Part shown: in pieces, positions 11,777-25,200 of the stretch
Numbering within the stretch: position 1 is the stretch's first letter
How the letters are laid out: each line of letters opens with the position of its first letter
NCBI RefSeq assembly: GCF_004010195.1
Contig: NC_057758.1
Coordinates: forward strand, 4,126,962-4,190,961
DNA: 64,000 bases
From: Chiloscyllium plagiosum
Lineage: Eukaryota
Direction of reading: 5' to 3'
Position numbers and translations under genes: made by a program
Notes under the pieces: model-generated
The model's input: only the letters and a program-made list of their open reading frames with translations
Databases searched by the model: none
What the model was told of the DNA's origin: nothing

Positions 11777-12234
11777 GATTCTCCTGTTCCTTCCATGCTG
11801 CCTGACCTGCTTCGCTTTTCTAGCAACACATTTTCAGCTCTGATCTCCAGCATCTGCAGCCCTCGCTTTCTCCTTGTCAATGATGTCGCCTGGAATTAAA
11901 TGTCGCAGTTATGATCAGTGAATTTACAGACTGTGTTTGTTCTCCTCGGGGCAGAGGATGCTGAGGGGAATTCGGTTTGATGCAAATAAATATCTTGGGA
12001 ACCGAAAAGGTTGTGAGAATCTTTCCCCATTGCAGGTGTTGTAAGACCAGAGTGTAATAGTTTCGGCTAACGAATCATTGGTTGAGAAGTGAACTGAGAC
12101 GTTTTTGTTTCATTCAGAGGATAGCAGAAATATTGAACCTCCTGCCTGAGAAGCTGTTTAAGGCAGGTACTCTATACAATTTGAAGCAAAGGCCGACATT
12201 CCAGTCGCAGTTTAGTCGCAACCACCGTGAAGTG

Positions 12235-12745
12235 AGTCTGGTAGGACATGTAGGGGCAGAGTAGGTCAAGAGCCAGAGCAAGTCAAGAACAAGAGCAGTG
12301 TTGTGAGTCTGGGCTTACATGTAGCGACAGAGCAGGCCAGTGGTACCCAGAATGCTGTTGCTTTGGATTCACATGTAATATTGGACGAGTCAATATTGAC
12401 CATTGTGCTCTGAGCATGAAGTCACATGTCTAGACTGAGTGGTTCAGTCGTAACCACAGCGCTGTGAGTCTAGAGTCTTTTGAAAACTGGAGCAGATTAT
12501 TGGGAATCATGGTGCTATAGGGCTGGGATTACATGTAGAGATGAAGCAGGTAAGTAGAATCACAGTTCTGTGCGTCTCAAAGTCCAGTACAGTGAGGAAG
12601 CAGGTCAATGTTGAGCACATTACCGTTGGCCCCGGGACCACATGTGCAGATACAACAGTTCCATGGTAACGAGAGTGGTATGGATCTGGACTCATATGCA
12701 CAGATAATTCAGACCATGATTACTCCAGTGCAGATGGTCAGAGAA
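12235..12745 (+). repeat. ~54-bp degenerate satellite, array 1a
   Basis: Unit approx. CAGGTCAATGGTAACCACAGTGCTGTGGGTCTGGAGTCACATGTAGAGACAGAG. Confidence 0.8.
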
Positions 12746-13614
12746 CCCAGAACACAGAACATTATAGCGTAGGACAGGCCCTTTGGCACGTGATGTTGCG
12801 CCGACCTGTGAAACCAATCCATAGCCCAGCTAACGGACATTGTTCTGTTATCATCCACATGTTTATCTAATGAACATTTAGACGCCTTTAACGTTGGCTA
12901 TTGTCCTACTGTTGCAGGCAAGGCATTCCACGCGCTTACTACTCGCTTAGCAAAGAATCTACACTGACATGTTTCCTATATCTATCATACCTCAACTTAA
13001 AGCTATGTCCCCGCGTGCTAGCAAGCTCCATCCGACGAGAAAGGCTGTCACTCTTCAACCAATATAACCCACTGATTATCTTATATACCTCTATTAAGTC
13101 ACCTCTTAACCTTCTTCTCTCTGATGGAAACTTCCTCAAGTCCATCAGCTTTTCCTCATAAGATCATGCAACATATGGTAATCCTCCACTGCAACCTTTC
13201 CAATGCTTCTCCATCTTTCGTATAACATGGAGACCAGAACAGTATGCAAGTTGCAAGTGCGGACGCAGCAGAGTTTTGTACACCTGCAATATGACCTCAT
13301 CGCTTCGATACTCAATACTTCTACCAATGAAACGTAACACAGGGTACACCGTATTACAACTCCATCAACCCCGAGACAACTTTGAAGGGGTCTATGCATG
13401 TAAACACCGAGATCAACACGATCATTAGCCCAGTAGGTGTTATTCCTGCGATTCCTTCCAAAGTGAATTAGCTCACATTTTTTCACATTTCACTGCATTT
13501 TACACCTCTCAGCCGAGCTCTGCAGCTTATCTATGGCCCTCTGGAAAATGCAATATCCTTCCGCACTGTCAACATCTCCATGGACTTTAGTGTCATCCGC
13601 AAATTACTACTCCA

Positions 13615-14265
13615 TCTTTACATCTTGGACATATGCACCAATGACCGCAATGTGGCCAACCATTTTGACACTCCCTCCCAATCCACCAAGGAGATGGAAG
13701 TCCTGGACTTTCTCCACCACAAATCTTTAGCCACCCGACGTCTGGAGGAAGAACGCCTCCTCCACCGCCTTGCAACCACACGGGAGTAACTTAGACTTCA
13801 CCAGTTTCTTAATTTTTGCTCCCCCAATTTTATTCCAGATCCAAACTTCCAAAATAGTTCTGCTGTCTTGAATTGTCCTTCTTGTCCATCTTCCTTCCCC
13901 CCTATCTACTCCATCCTCCATTCCTGATGAAGGGCTCCGGCCCGAAACGTCGATTTTCCTGTTCCTCGTATGCTGCCTGATTTTCTCTGCCTTTCCAGCA
14001 CCAGTCTAATCTAGACTCCATCCTCCTGAACGACCTATCACCATCACCCCGCACGTCCTTGTACTTATCACATCCCAGGCGATCGTCCCGCAGCCCCTCT
14101 CCACACCCATTTATGTCTCAGCTCTTAGGCTACCCCTCTTTCGTGATGAAAAGCTGATGTTCGAAATGTTGATTTTGTTTCTCATCGGGTGCTGCTTGAC
14201 CTGTGGAATCGACCATCACACCTTTCCACTCTAATTTCCAGCATCTGAAGTAATCACATTCTCCT
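13615..14265 (+). mobile_element. Penelope-like element 3' fragment (GIY-YIG C-terminus plus tandem terminal repeat), nested in CR1
   Basis: VANHFDTPSQSTKEMEVL..TRRLEEERLLHRL. Terminal repeat duplicated at about 14015-14265. Confidence 0.8.
13924..13951 (+). ncRNA. Minimal type I hammerhead ribozyme motif in a Penelope 3' region
   Basis: CTGATGA-A-GGGC-TCCG-GCCC-GAAAC-GTC. Confidence 0.75.
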
Positions 14266-16609
14266 ACCCCCTCATCCAGTTCAATTATGAGAATGACGAA
14301 GAGCAGTAGCCCCTACTCAGTAACACGCCACAAGTATCTGAGCTCCATAATGAACATTTCCCAACAATCACCACCCTGTATCTTCTTATAGTTAGCAAAT
14401 ATGTTATCCAAACCGTTACATCACCCTCAATCCTATGCCTCCACATTTTCCGCGAAAGTGTACCGGGGGACCGTTTTCAAACACTTTGCTAAAATCCTTA
14501 TATAACACATCAAGCACGTTACGCTCAGCTCTTTTTGGTCACCTTCGCAAAGAACTCAGGAAGGTCTGTGAGACACGACCTATGCTTGACAAACTAGGGT
14601 TGAATATCCCTAATGAACTTATTTTTGTCCAGATGATTATAAATCCTATCTTGATAATCCTTTCCATACTTTAACCCACAAGTGAAGTAAGGTTAAGTAG
14701 TCTACTGTACCAGCGTTGTCTATGCTCACTTTCTGGAACAAGTGGACGACATTTGCTATCCTTCATTCTTCTGGCATTATTCCTATAAATATTGACAACA
14801 CAAAGCTGAAAGCCGAAACCTTTGCATTTTCTTCCCTTGCTTCCCTACGAATCTTAGGTTAAATCCAATCCTGCCCATGTGGACATAGTTATTTTCATAA
14901 TTTCCAACCTGGCTGACATCTCCTACTTCTGAACCTCAATCCCATCCAATCCAGTAGCCAGAATCTCCTCGATAGCATTGTTTTTTTTTCCTGTGGGAAT
15001 AGGGACGAAAGTATCCATTTGACACTGCTTCTGCCTATTCGGACTCCATGCACAACTTCCCACTTCTGTCCTTTCTGGCCCTCATATTACCCATGTCGTT
15101 AAGTTATTCCTGATAAACCTATCGAAAGCTTTATGGCTTTGCGTAATTCTACCAGCCAAAGACTTTGCATGTCTCCTTCTGGCTACTCTTAGCTCTCTCT
15201 TTAGGTCCGTTCTGACTAACATTTAACGCTCAAGCGCTCTAAGCCGTCACATCTCATCTTTTACACAAGCCTAGTCCTTTCTCATGACAAGAGATTTAGC
15301 TTCTTTCATAAACGACGGCTCCCTTGATCGACGACTTCCTCCCTGCATGACAGGTACATACTTATCAGGAAGACGCAGAAGCTGCTCCGTGCATATCACC
15401 TGCAGTAACCTTTCCGATAATATGGATCCTAAATCTGGCCTAATCGCGTCATAATTGTCTTTCCCCAGCTCCATCTCTTACCCTGTGGTTCACACCTATC
15501 CCTTTCCATCGCCAAAGTAAACGTAACTGCATTGTGGTAACGATCTCCAAACAGTCCAAACCTAAAACCTGGCCATTACCTCATGTCAAATCCAAGGTGG
15601 GCATCGCCTCTTGTTTGCTAAACTACATACTGTGTCAGTACACCCTCTTGCGCACAGTGGAAAAAAGCACTCATCCATTTGAAGTACTCGAACTATTGGG
15701 GTTTCAGTCAATATTTGGATAGTTAAAGGATCCCATAAAAATTCCCTGTTTGTTTTCGCACCTATCCAGAATCATCTTCAGAACTGTTTCGTCTACATCT
15801 CTGGAAATTTTTGGAAGCTTATAGAAAACTCCCAAGAGTGTGAATTGCTCTTTCCTGTTTCTAACTTCAGCCCATACTACCTCAGTTGTCGATTCCTCAT
15901 CAAATGTCCTTTCTGTGATCGTAATGCTCTCCTGACTCACAATGCCACACATCCCGTTGTTTCATCACTGTCCCTGTTCTTACTGAAATATCGAAATCTT
16001 GGACTGCAACAGCCATTCCTGTCGCTGTTCTATCCATGTCTCTGAATTGGCTGCAACATAGAAGTCCCAGTTACCAACCCATGCTGAATGTTCACCCATC
16101 TTATTCCGGATTCTCCTGATGTTGAAGTAGACATGCTTCCAAGCACTTTCGTGCCTACTAGTACACTCCTGTGTCTTTGATGCCTTATTATGTTCTCACC
16201 ACACGCCAACGCCTGTGCACTGCAGCTACAATTCATGTTTCCATCCATCTGTTGAGTAAGTGTAAACCCTCCTGTACACCATTAGCAAATCCAACCCCCA
16301 ACCCCCACCCCCCTCAAGGAAATGGGTACCACTGTGGTTCAGGTGTAGATCATCTGTTTGTAGAGGTACGACATACACCAGTATGACATTCAATTATCGA
16401 AGTATCTGATTCCCTCTCTCCTGCACAGTTAGTTTCGATAAGTATTCAACTAAATTCTCCCTTCCAATTCCTCTCCTCACTTGTAATTGTCATGGTTAAC
16501 AAGCAAGCCATAACCTGTTGGGAATTTTCTGTAGGTCTCCGAAAAGCTTCCATCGTTGCTCCTTCAATTCCTACCTTACATCGCCATCCCTTTTCCTGCC
16601 TATGCCATG

Positions 16610-18655
16610 AGTTCTATGTAGACACATAGAGATGGAACATGTCAATGGTAACCATGTCACTCAGGACTAGAGTCACATATAGACCCAGACCAAGTCAATG
16701 TTAATCAGAGTGATGTTGGCCTGGACTAACATGCAGAGGCACAGCACGTCAATGGTAAACACAGAGTTGTTTTTTTCTAGAATCACGAACAGAGAGAGAG
16801 AGCTGGACAGGGGTGACCACAGTGTGTGGGTCCACAGCCATACGTGAAGAGAGGGCAAATCAATGATAACCACAATGTTGTCGTCCTGGAATCACGGGTA
16901 GGTCGAGAGCAGGTGATTGGTTAATACACAACTGTTGCCGGACCGAACTGTAGAAGAAAAGCAAGTTGCAAACACAGTTCTGTAAGGCTGGTATCACCTG
17001 GACAAAGTTAATAGACGGTACAGTGTTGTGGATCTGGAGTTACATGCACATGCAGAGTTGTCAGAGGTTACTATGTATTTTGATTCTGGATTCACATGCA
17101 GAGACACAACAAATCAGTGTGAAGATCTGGCGTCACATGTCGATCCATAACAGGTCAGAGATACGGACAGTGCTATGGGCTCAGAGTTTCAGTTCTAGAC
17201 ATAGCAGGTCAGTGGGAACCAAAGTGCTGACGATCTGGAGTCAAATGTAGTGTCCAGAACAGTTCAATGCGAACCACAGCGCTGTGGTCGGGAGTTAAAT
17301 GCAGAGATTGAGTAGGTCAGTAATAACCCAAAATGCTGTTGATCTGCAGACACAAGGAGAGACACAGCAGGTCGTTAATAAACGCAGTACTGAAGATCTG
17401 CAGTCACATAATGGTCCAGAACAGGTCAACATGGATCACTGTGCTACGTTGTGGATTAAACTGTAAACCCAGACCAGGTCCAACGTAACCACATAGCTAT
17501 GGGTGTGGTGTCACGTGTGTCGATATAATAGGTCAGTGGTTGTCACAATGCTAAATGTCTGTAGACACAGTTCATTCCAATGGTAACCACAGTTCTTTGG
17601 TCCTGGAGTTACATGTTAGATCAGAGCAGAATTATAGGGTCCAAAAGCATTGATGGTCTGGTGTCATGTGCTTAGAAAGCACAGACCAGTGCTAACCACA
17701 GTGGTGTACTTCTGGACACACATGCAGATACAGATTAGTTAAGGTGGTTTTGGCCAGGAGTTACATGCAGAGACAGATTAGGTCAATGGGAACAGGAGTG
17801 CTGTGGGTCTCATGTAAAACATAGAAATGGAATAGTTCGATGAAACCAGAGTGTTTCAGATGTGTAGTCAATGCAGAAGCACACCAGATGAGTTGTCAAC
17901 ACTGTGTTATGGCCTGGACATATATATCAGCCCAGAGTAGGTCAGACATGTCGGCATGCAGACTCAAAAATGATCAACAGTAAACACGATGCTGTGGATC
18001 TGCAGTTACGTCTGTGTATAGGATAGGTCAGTGGGAAAAACAGTGCTTTGAAGTTGGAGTTTCATGTAGAGATAGAACATATCAATGGAAACTATAATAT
18101 TGCATTGTTTTAGATTTACATCAAGCATTACAGCAGGTCAATGAAAACCACAGTAGCGCTGTACTTGGAGTCATATCCAGACACAGAGCAGGTCAATGGT
18201 AGACATGGATCCGATGCAACATGTCGACACAGAGCAAGTCACTGGAACCGATGGTGCTTTTGGCCTGGAACCATATATGGTCAATGGTGAACACCATGCT
18301 GTGGACATGGAGCCACATGTGGAGAATTGCAAGTGAGTGGTGAACACAATCCTTTGGGTCTAGAGTCACATGCAGAGACACAGCATGTCAGCAATGAATT
18401 CAATGCTTATTTCTTGACTCACATGCAGTTCCATAACGTGTTATCAGTTGTCACATTGCAGCGGTTGGAGTCACATGTGAGGTCAGAAAGTTAGATTGAT
18501 GGAAAGTGCTGTGTGTCTGGAGGCACCTTTACAGACAGGACAGGTTTGTGATCACCACAATACTTTGCGCCAAGTGACTCACGTACAGAAAGAGCAAATC
18601 AATTTGTACTTCAGTGCTGTGGGTGTGGAATCACTTTCGGAAACAGAACAGGTTA
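16610..18655 (+). repeat. ~54-bp degenerate satellite, array 1b (about 38 units)
   Basis: Same unit recurring at about 54-nt period. Confidence 0.85.
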
Positions 18656-18844
18656 TGCCTGGAATTCAGCGGTTAGGTTATGAGAAAATGTTGAACTAAT
18701 CCGTACTGTTTTCTCTCACATTTGCACGCTTTAGAGTTGATCTGATTGAAAACTTCGAGATACGAACAGGAAAGGAGAATGCGCCCAAAGATAAAATAAT
18801 AAAATATCAGAGATGCACTGCAATGTAGGAACAGGCCACTTTGC

Positions 18845-19095
18845 TTTGTTTGAATTAATTCACGGGATAATGGTCACACTCGCTGCGCCAGCATATTTTA
18901 ACCATGCCTAATTGCCCAGAGGGCAGCTTAGAGTCAAACATGTTGCTGCGGTCTGCACTCACATGTAAACCAGACCAGATAAGGACAGCAGTTTACTTCC
19001 CTCGAGGAGGTTAGTGAATCAAATGTTTTTTTCTTACATCAACAATGGACTAATGATCATCACTAACCCAATAATTCCAGATATCATCAAGTTCA
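18845..19095 (-). mobile_element. Second SINE family (parent of the 54-bp satellite)
   Basis: CCTAATTGCCCAGAGGGCAG..AGAGTCAA..GCTGCGGTCTG..CACATGTA..CCAGACCAG. Homologous to 32060-32520. Confidence 0.65.
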
Positions 19096-19607
19096 CACTG
19101 AAAGTGCAAAGGACATCCCAGCCAGACTACACCACGACCCTACCTCGGCAGTTCTAACTTCCTATGGCTTATGCACCTAACCTGCATTTTCTTGTTTCTC
19201 TTGGGAGTTTATCTGGAAGAATCCACAAAACATGCACATCTTTCGACTGTCTGTGAAACAACCGAACATTCAAACGAGAATTCCCTTCCCTCTACAATCG
19301 GTATCCTGTTCCATTACCCCTGGCGAGTCAGTGATTGCCAATTCTTCCTGAAATGTGGTGGTTGGTACAATCAAAATATTTCATGAGATTCAATACAGAC
19401 TGCAGACTAAACCAAGAGGTGGATAGGCGTTGGAATCCTATCGTGGTAGATGGAGATGTTTGCAGATATCACGAGAATGTGCAAACTCAACACAGACAAT
19501 GTCCCGAGAGTGGAGTCAAGCCTGACTGGTTTATGCACTGTGATATTAGTGTTAAACAATGCAAATCAATTAAATAATTTGAGATGAGATAAAGCTTCCT
19601 CAGCCTG

Positions 19608-19690
19608 ACATGATATGATCTGATATAATATAATAGAATGTAACATAATATAATATGATATGATATGATGTAATATAAAGTGTCGTATAA
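19608..19690 (+). repeat. (ATATA/ATATG)n microsatellite
   Basis: Direct observation. Confidence 0.8.
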
Positions 19691-20559
19691 TAAGAAGGCG
19701 GTCTGCGTGGTGTCTGGAGTTAAATGGATTAAAAGGCATGGGGACAAAGCAAGGAAATGGGATTGAGTTGAACGATCAGCCAAGACAATATTGAATATTG
19801 CAGAAAGGTCCCAAGACAGAATGGCATGCTCCTGCTCATAGTTTCAATCTTACTTTGTTAAATGGACAATAAAGTGACTCATTCGTGATCATCTTTATAA
19901 CCTTGTTCTACGGGAACAATCAGAATGGCAATCTGTTCCGTAAGCTAGGTAAATGTTTGACAAGCAAAAAGCACAGTTCAAAATAACCTGCTGCAGATCA
20001 GGTGAAAGTTTCAGAAATGTGAAAATCAAACTTTTCTCAACCTCGCTGACTGGAACCATCATCTATTGCCTCTCCTTAGTTGTCTCGAGAACCAATCATA
20101 TCGCTGTGTGTTTGTAATTACGTGATGCCACACTGGGTCAGGTCAGCAGAATTTCTTCCATAAAGAACGAGTGAGTTAGACGTGTGTTTGCAGCAATGTG
20201 CAATTCTTAGAATTGGGCTTGCTGTGATTTCATAATTCTAGATCTTTATAGAATCATGGGATCTTGTCGAGCAGATTGAGACCCATTCAATTTGTATCTA
20301 CTCCGGAATCACCTTCTCAAATAGTTCCATGCTTCAGCCCTATCTCCAGAGTGCTGTCAACTTATCCATTTTGCATTGTCTCGTGACGGTTATGCTATGA
20401 AGTGGCTGATATGGAGCTGACAGTGGTGAACCTGTCTATGCCATTTCTCACCATTGCCCCCGATGGCAACATGGTACACATCATCACAATCTGAAATTAG
20501 ACACATATTACGGGATGATATCAATGCACTCATCAGCTTTATTGATGTTTCAAAAACAG

Positions 20560-21020
20560 TGAGTTAGGTGTCATGGAGATGAGCACGATCACGACGGTCA
20601 CAGGCTTCAGAGACTTGAGCTGGCCAACCATTTCACCACCCTCGCTGATGTGCCCAGTCTGGGCCTCCTCCACGGCCTGAAGTAGGCCACCCACAAACTG
20701 GAGGAGGCATATGTCACCTTCCACTTCAGGGATCTACAAGCACACCGTCTCAACATGAACATCACCAGTTTCAAAATCTACCCTCCAACTGTTCCATCTT
20801 AGAGTCAACCCTCCATTCTCCTATCCGCTCCATCTTTCCCATTGATCTCCTCACAATCACCTCCTATCTGTGACCACTTGTCGTCATCCCAACTACTTTT
20901 CTCCCAGTACCAAACCCACTATTCATTTCTAAGTCGCCTCCCACTGTCTTGACTGTTGAAGAGTCCTGCCCGAAAAGTCAACCCTCCTGAACCTTTGGTG
21001 CTGCCTGACCTTGTATGCGT
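20560..21020 (+). mobile_element. Penelope-like element 3' fragment
   Basis: NHF..LGLLH..ATHKLEE-like GIY-YIG tail and a degenerate hammerhead at about 20953. Confidence 0.7.
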
Positions 21021-21369
21021 TAACCAATGTCACAGTTTATCGACTTTGCACAATCACAAAGAACTGGACAGTTTTCATCCTCTACTGATATTCTGCTGCA
21101 GTATAACCTACTTGGAAGACGTGACGTTCTCATTTGATAAAGCAGGCTATCTTGTGGTTCATAACTGCAAAATCCACAACACAGACAGAGTCCATGATGC
21201 ACTTATGAAACATTTCACTTATGAATCAAACAGAAACACGCACAAGTGTGGACTCAAATGCAGAACCGACCACATGCACTGGCATATACACATGTGAAGT
21301 CACCTATGCACAGTAGCACATGCACATTCGCACAGACACCACAGACAACCCCACCCAGATGCTCAGTCA

Positions 21370-22057
21370 AACAGATACTCATCTCTAATTATGCATTGTA
21401 GACAGTGTGCTGTAAAAATCGTTGGGCCTATCCCTTATGATCTTTACCATTGCTGATGCCCGAATTGAATCTGCGTTGTTGACAAAATTCAGCATGTAAA
21501 ATTGTCAATCCAGCGACCCAGCCTCAACATGGACACAATCGCCATGACATGAATGTTTAAAGTTGAACGACTGTTCGCAGCAGCTGTTAGACAGGAATAA
21601 GACAAGGAGGAGCATTGGAACCAAATACAGAAACAAACATAGAGTGATTTCGCGAAATACTGATGAGGGCGGAAGGTGGCGAGAATCTCAGTGTCTTAGA
21701 CGTGTAATAACTAATGAGTAATGTCAACGCTTTAATCGGGGAGACATGACTTGCAATTTTCACACACTCAGCTCCCAAGGTTAGTGAAGTATTGGCTGGC
21801 CTGTTCGAGAGTTTCTTATTGATGCCAGTGTACTGGTGGTAAATCTCGTGGTCTGCTTCTGGGGGATGGGTGAGATTCAGTTACTGGCCGTGATGCACCA
21901 ACGGGAACTGCGACATTGAGGATTTCAGGAAAGTGAAAAATTCTTTCAAGTTTAGTTGCTTGGAACATGCCATGAGGACTAGAGCTGAAAGTTTAAACAG
22001 TCATGTACGCCTGAAAGTCGATACGTTATCAAAAAAGGAAAGTCACAGCAAAACCAG
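21370..22057 (-). pseudogene. Possible decayed V exon (21690-22057) plus C exon (21370-21583)
   Basis: Strong acceptors (CTTGTCTTTTCCAG; TTCCTGTCTAACAG). Motifs AGFAVT..TNLGS*VC and LCPC*GW..QCIIRDEYL. Confidence 0.35.
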
Positions 22058-22269
22058 CTGGAAAAGACAAGGGACAAATCATTCAGCCTCGTTCAAAGAT
22101 CGAAACGCATCACTTCCTGCAGAATTTTAGTGGGTGTAAAGAGAAACTGTAGCTGTTTCCCACATGTCAACGATGGTCCAAACAATGAGCGGCAATGAAT
22201 AATTTCAAAGGAAAAATTGCTGCACACTTTAATTGTTGGTTATGTCCTTCCGTGGTTTCAAGAGAAGAT

Positions 22270-25200
22270 GTGGGAGATGATGGAGATGACAGTGGTCGAG
22301 TACCTTGGGACGACTGACCATAGTTCTATTGATTTTACAATTTTAGAGAGGGACAAAACCAGTCCACAGTTCAACTTCTAAATTGGGGCAAGGTGGATTT
22401 TGATGGATTTAGAAGGGAGCATGCAGGAGTTGGTTGGAATATTTTGTTGCAACCAAAAGGGACCTCCAGCAAGTGGGAGGACTTTCAAATTGAGATTGTT
22501 CGAGTTTAAGGTCCATATATGCCTCTGAGGGTGAAGAATTACACGGACAAGAATAAGGGAACACAGGGTGACAATAAGTATTGCGGCTTTGAACAGAAAA
22601 AAAAAGATGGACGTATAGATCAGGCACAGGCACCTGGGATCAAAGAAATCTCTGAAGCTATAAACGGAATACAGTTGTCCGGTGATGAAGAACATCAGTG
22701 TGTCGAAAAGGGGGCACGAGATAGACTTGGCTGAGCAGATTAAGATGAATCCAAAGAGGTGGTTTAAGTATACTAAAAAAAAATATCAACAACGAGAGAG
22801 AAAATGTGACACATCAAGGGCTAAGCGATCATGAATATGCAGATCTGCGGGAAAACGGGCGAAGTCCTCCATGAATATTTCTCGGTTGTGTCTACGGTGA
22901 AGAAAGATATCAACACTTGGGAACTTAGGGAAGTTTTGGTGCTATCTTTGGCAAAGTCCATATCACACTTGAGGAGATGTTTGATGCATTCGAATGTATG
23001 AATTTGGAAATCGCCTGGTCCTGAACAGGTATATTCATAAACACAGAACATTACAGCGCAGTACAGCTCTTCAGCACTCGATCTTGCAACGATGTGTGAA
23101 ACCAATGCGTAGCCCATGGAACCGTGACTATTTCATTGTCATCCATTGCTTATCCAATGAATATTAATTGCCCTTAAATTTGGTTTATCTACGACTGTTG
23201 CATGCAGGGCGTTCTACGCCCTTACTAATTTGTGTCTGAGAAATCTTGTTCTGACATCTGTCCTATATCTATCACCTTTCAAATTTCAAACTAAGTCCTT
23301 CGTGCTAGCCATCGCCATCCAAGGAAAGTCTCTCACTGTCCAACCTATCTAATCCTCCACTCATATTTTATGTCTCAATTACGTCACCTCTCAATCTTCT
23401 TCTCTCACCCGAAAACTGCCTCAAGCCACTCAGCCATTCCTCATTTGACCTTCCCTCCATGTTAGGTAACATCCTGGTAATTGTTTTCTGCGCCCTTTCA
23501 AATGCTTCCACATCCTTCCTATAATACAGCGGCTAGAACTATATGCAATACTCCCTGTGCCGCCACACCAGTGCTTTGCACAACTGCAAAATGATCTAAT
23601 GGCTGAGAAACTCAATCCCACTGTCAATAAAAGCTAACAAACCGTGCGAAGTCTTAATATTCCGATCAACCTGTGTGGCGTATACCATAGATATGTGGAC
23701 ATGGACACCTAAATCTCTCTGCTCATCCACACTACCAAGAATCATAACATTAACTCAGTACTCCTTATTATTGTTACTCCTTCCAAAGTGAATCAGCGCA
23801 CATTTATTTGTGTAAAACTCCATTTGCCCTATTTCTGCCCAGCTCTGCAGGTTATCTGTGTCTGTCTGAAACCTGCAACATCCTTCACCACTGAACACAA
23901 CTCCACTGACATTAGTGTCATGCATACATTTACTAACCCATTCTTCTACGTTCTCATCCAGCTCATTCAATGACAAACGGCACTTGCCCCGAAACAAATC
24001 CAAGCGGTAGTAACTGAACATTTCCAATCAACTATTACCTTTCTGTCTTCTTTCAGCTAGCCAAAACCTCCATATTCTGTGCATTAGCCAACGCAGAGAA
24101 CCTTATGAAACGCTTTACTGAAATTATATACACCGCATTAACCGCTTTACCTGAATCCAACTATTTGGTCACCTTCTGAAATAACTCAATAAGGTTTGTG
24201 AGGCATAACATACCCTTTACAAGACTATGCAGAATATCCCGAATCAAATGGTTCCTTTCCAGATGATTAGAAGTTCCTACTCCTATATTCCTTTCCAACA
24301 TTTTTCCCACAACGTAAGTAAGGTAATTTTCAGGGTTAATGCAATTTCCCTTCTTGAACAAGGGGACAAAATGTGGGATCTTCCAGTCTTCTGGCATTAT
24401 TTCTGTAGAAAATGACGACAGAATGATCAAAGTCACATTTTCTGTAATCTCCTCCCTAACTTTCCAGAGAATACTAAACTAAATCCCATCTAGTCCGAGG
24501 AACTTACTTATTTTCACAAATTGCACAATTGCTAATATCTCCTCCTTACGAACTTCAGACACATCTAGTCTAATATCCTTTATCTCAGTATTATCCTTGC
24601 CACCACTAACCTATTCCAATGTTAATACTAACGAAAAATATTCATTTAGCGCCTCTCCAATCTCGTCGAACTCCACACTCAACTTCGCAGGACTAACCTT
24701 GACTGCACATAATCTAATCCTTGTCATTCTTTTATTCCTGACATACTTGTAGAAAGCGTTCGGGCTTTTCTCTTGACATGACATCCCAAAGGTTCTCAGG
24801 GCCCCTGATAGTTCTTCTTAGTTCTCTCTTTAGGTCGTTCCTGGTTAACTGGTAATTCTCAAGCGCCTTAACTGAGCCTTCACGAGTCGTCTGTACTTAA
24901 GCCTCCTTTTTCCTCTTGACAAGCGATTCAACTTCTTTAATAAACTACATCTTCCTCGCTCGACCCCTTCCTCACTGCCTGACAGACACTTACTTATTAA
25001 GCACACGTTGTAGCTGTTCCTGGAACAAGCTCCACATTGCAGTTGTGCCCATACCCGGCACTTTCTTTCACAAAACCTTGCTTAGTCGCATCATAATTGC
25101 CTTTCCCACCTATACCTCATGCCCTGCGGTAGATATATATCTCTTTCCATTGCTAAAGAAAATACAACAAAATTGTGGTCACTATCACCAAATTGCTCAT

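Larger units (their letters stand above)
11651..11873. mobile_element. Penelope-like-element-derived palindromic insertion with 13-bp TSD
   Basis: About 91-bp inverted arms 11654-11836 centred on GAATTC. TSD TTGTCAATGATGT at 11638-11650 and 11874-11886. Ends in the PLE tail CTTTCTCC. Confidence 0.85.
10890..12200 (+). mobile_element. Degenerate CR1 3' portion hosting the HE1 SINE and the PLE palindrome
   Basis: QCLSPHYRRD, EQRRLSVQ, SELRRFCFIQR. Confidence 0.7.
12741..16610 (-). mobile_element. Near full-length degenerate CR1/HER1 LINE inserted into the satellite array
   Basis: 3' tail at 12741, RT C-terminus, endonuclease (EVVWAEVRNRK..GSFNYPNID), ORF1 esterase remnant at about 16300-16600. 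Confidence 0.88.

Noticed and set aside
16610..18655. Satellite as a CRISPR-like array, or an RSS array (unit contains heptamer CACAGTG)
   Set aside because: The whole unit is repeated with no unique spacers, the context is eukaryotic, and there is no ACAAAAACC nonamer at 12 or 23 bp spacing.
16610..18655. Satellite as an 18-aa coding repeat (consensus open as QVNGNHSAVGLESHVETE)
   Set aside because: Actual copies are full of stops and indels, and no long ORF spans the array.
21680..22025. Plus-strand V-set reading (NVNALIGET..TCNF..IGW..GTATLRISG..SC)
   Set aside because: No splice acceptor on plus, whereas the minus strand has strong acceptors and an adjacent C exon. It shows that by-eye Ig matching can over-call.
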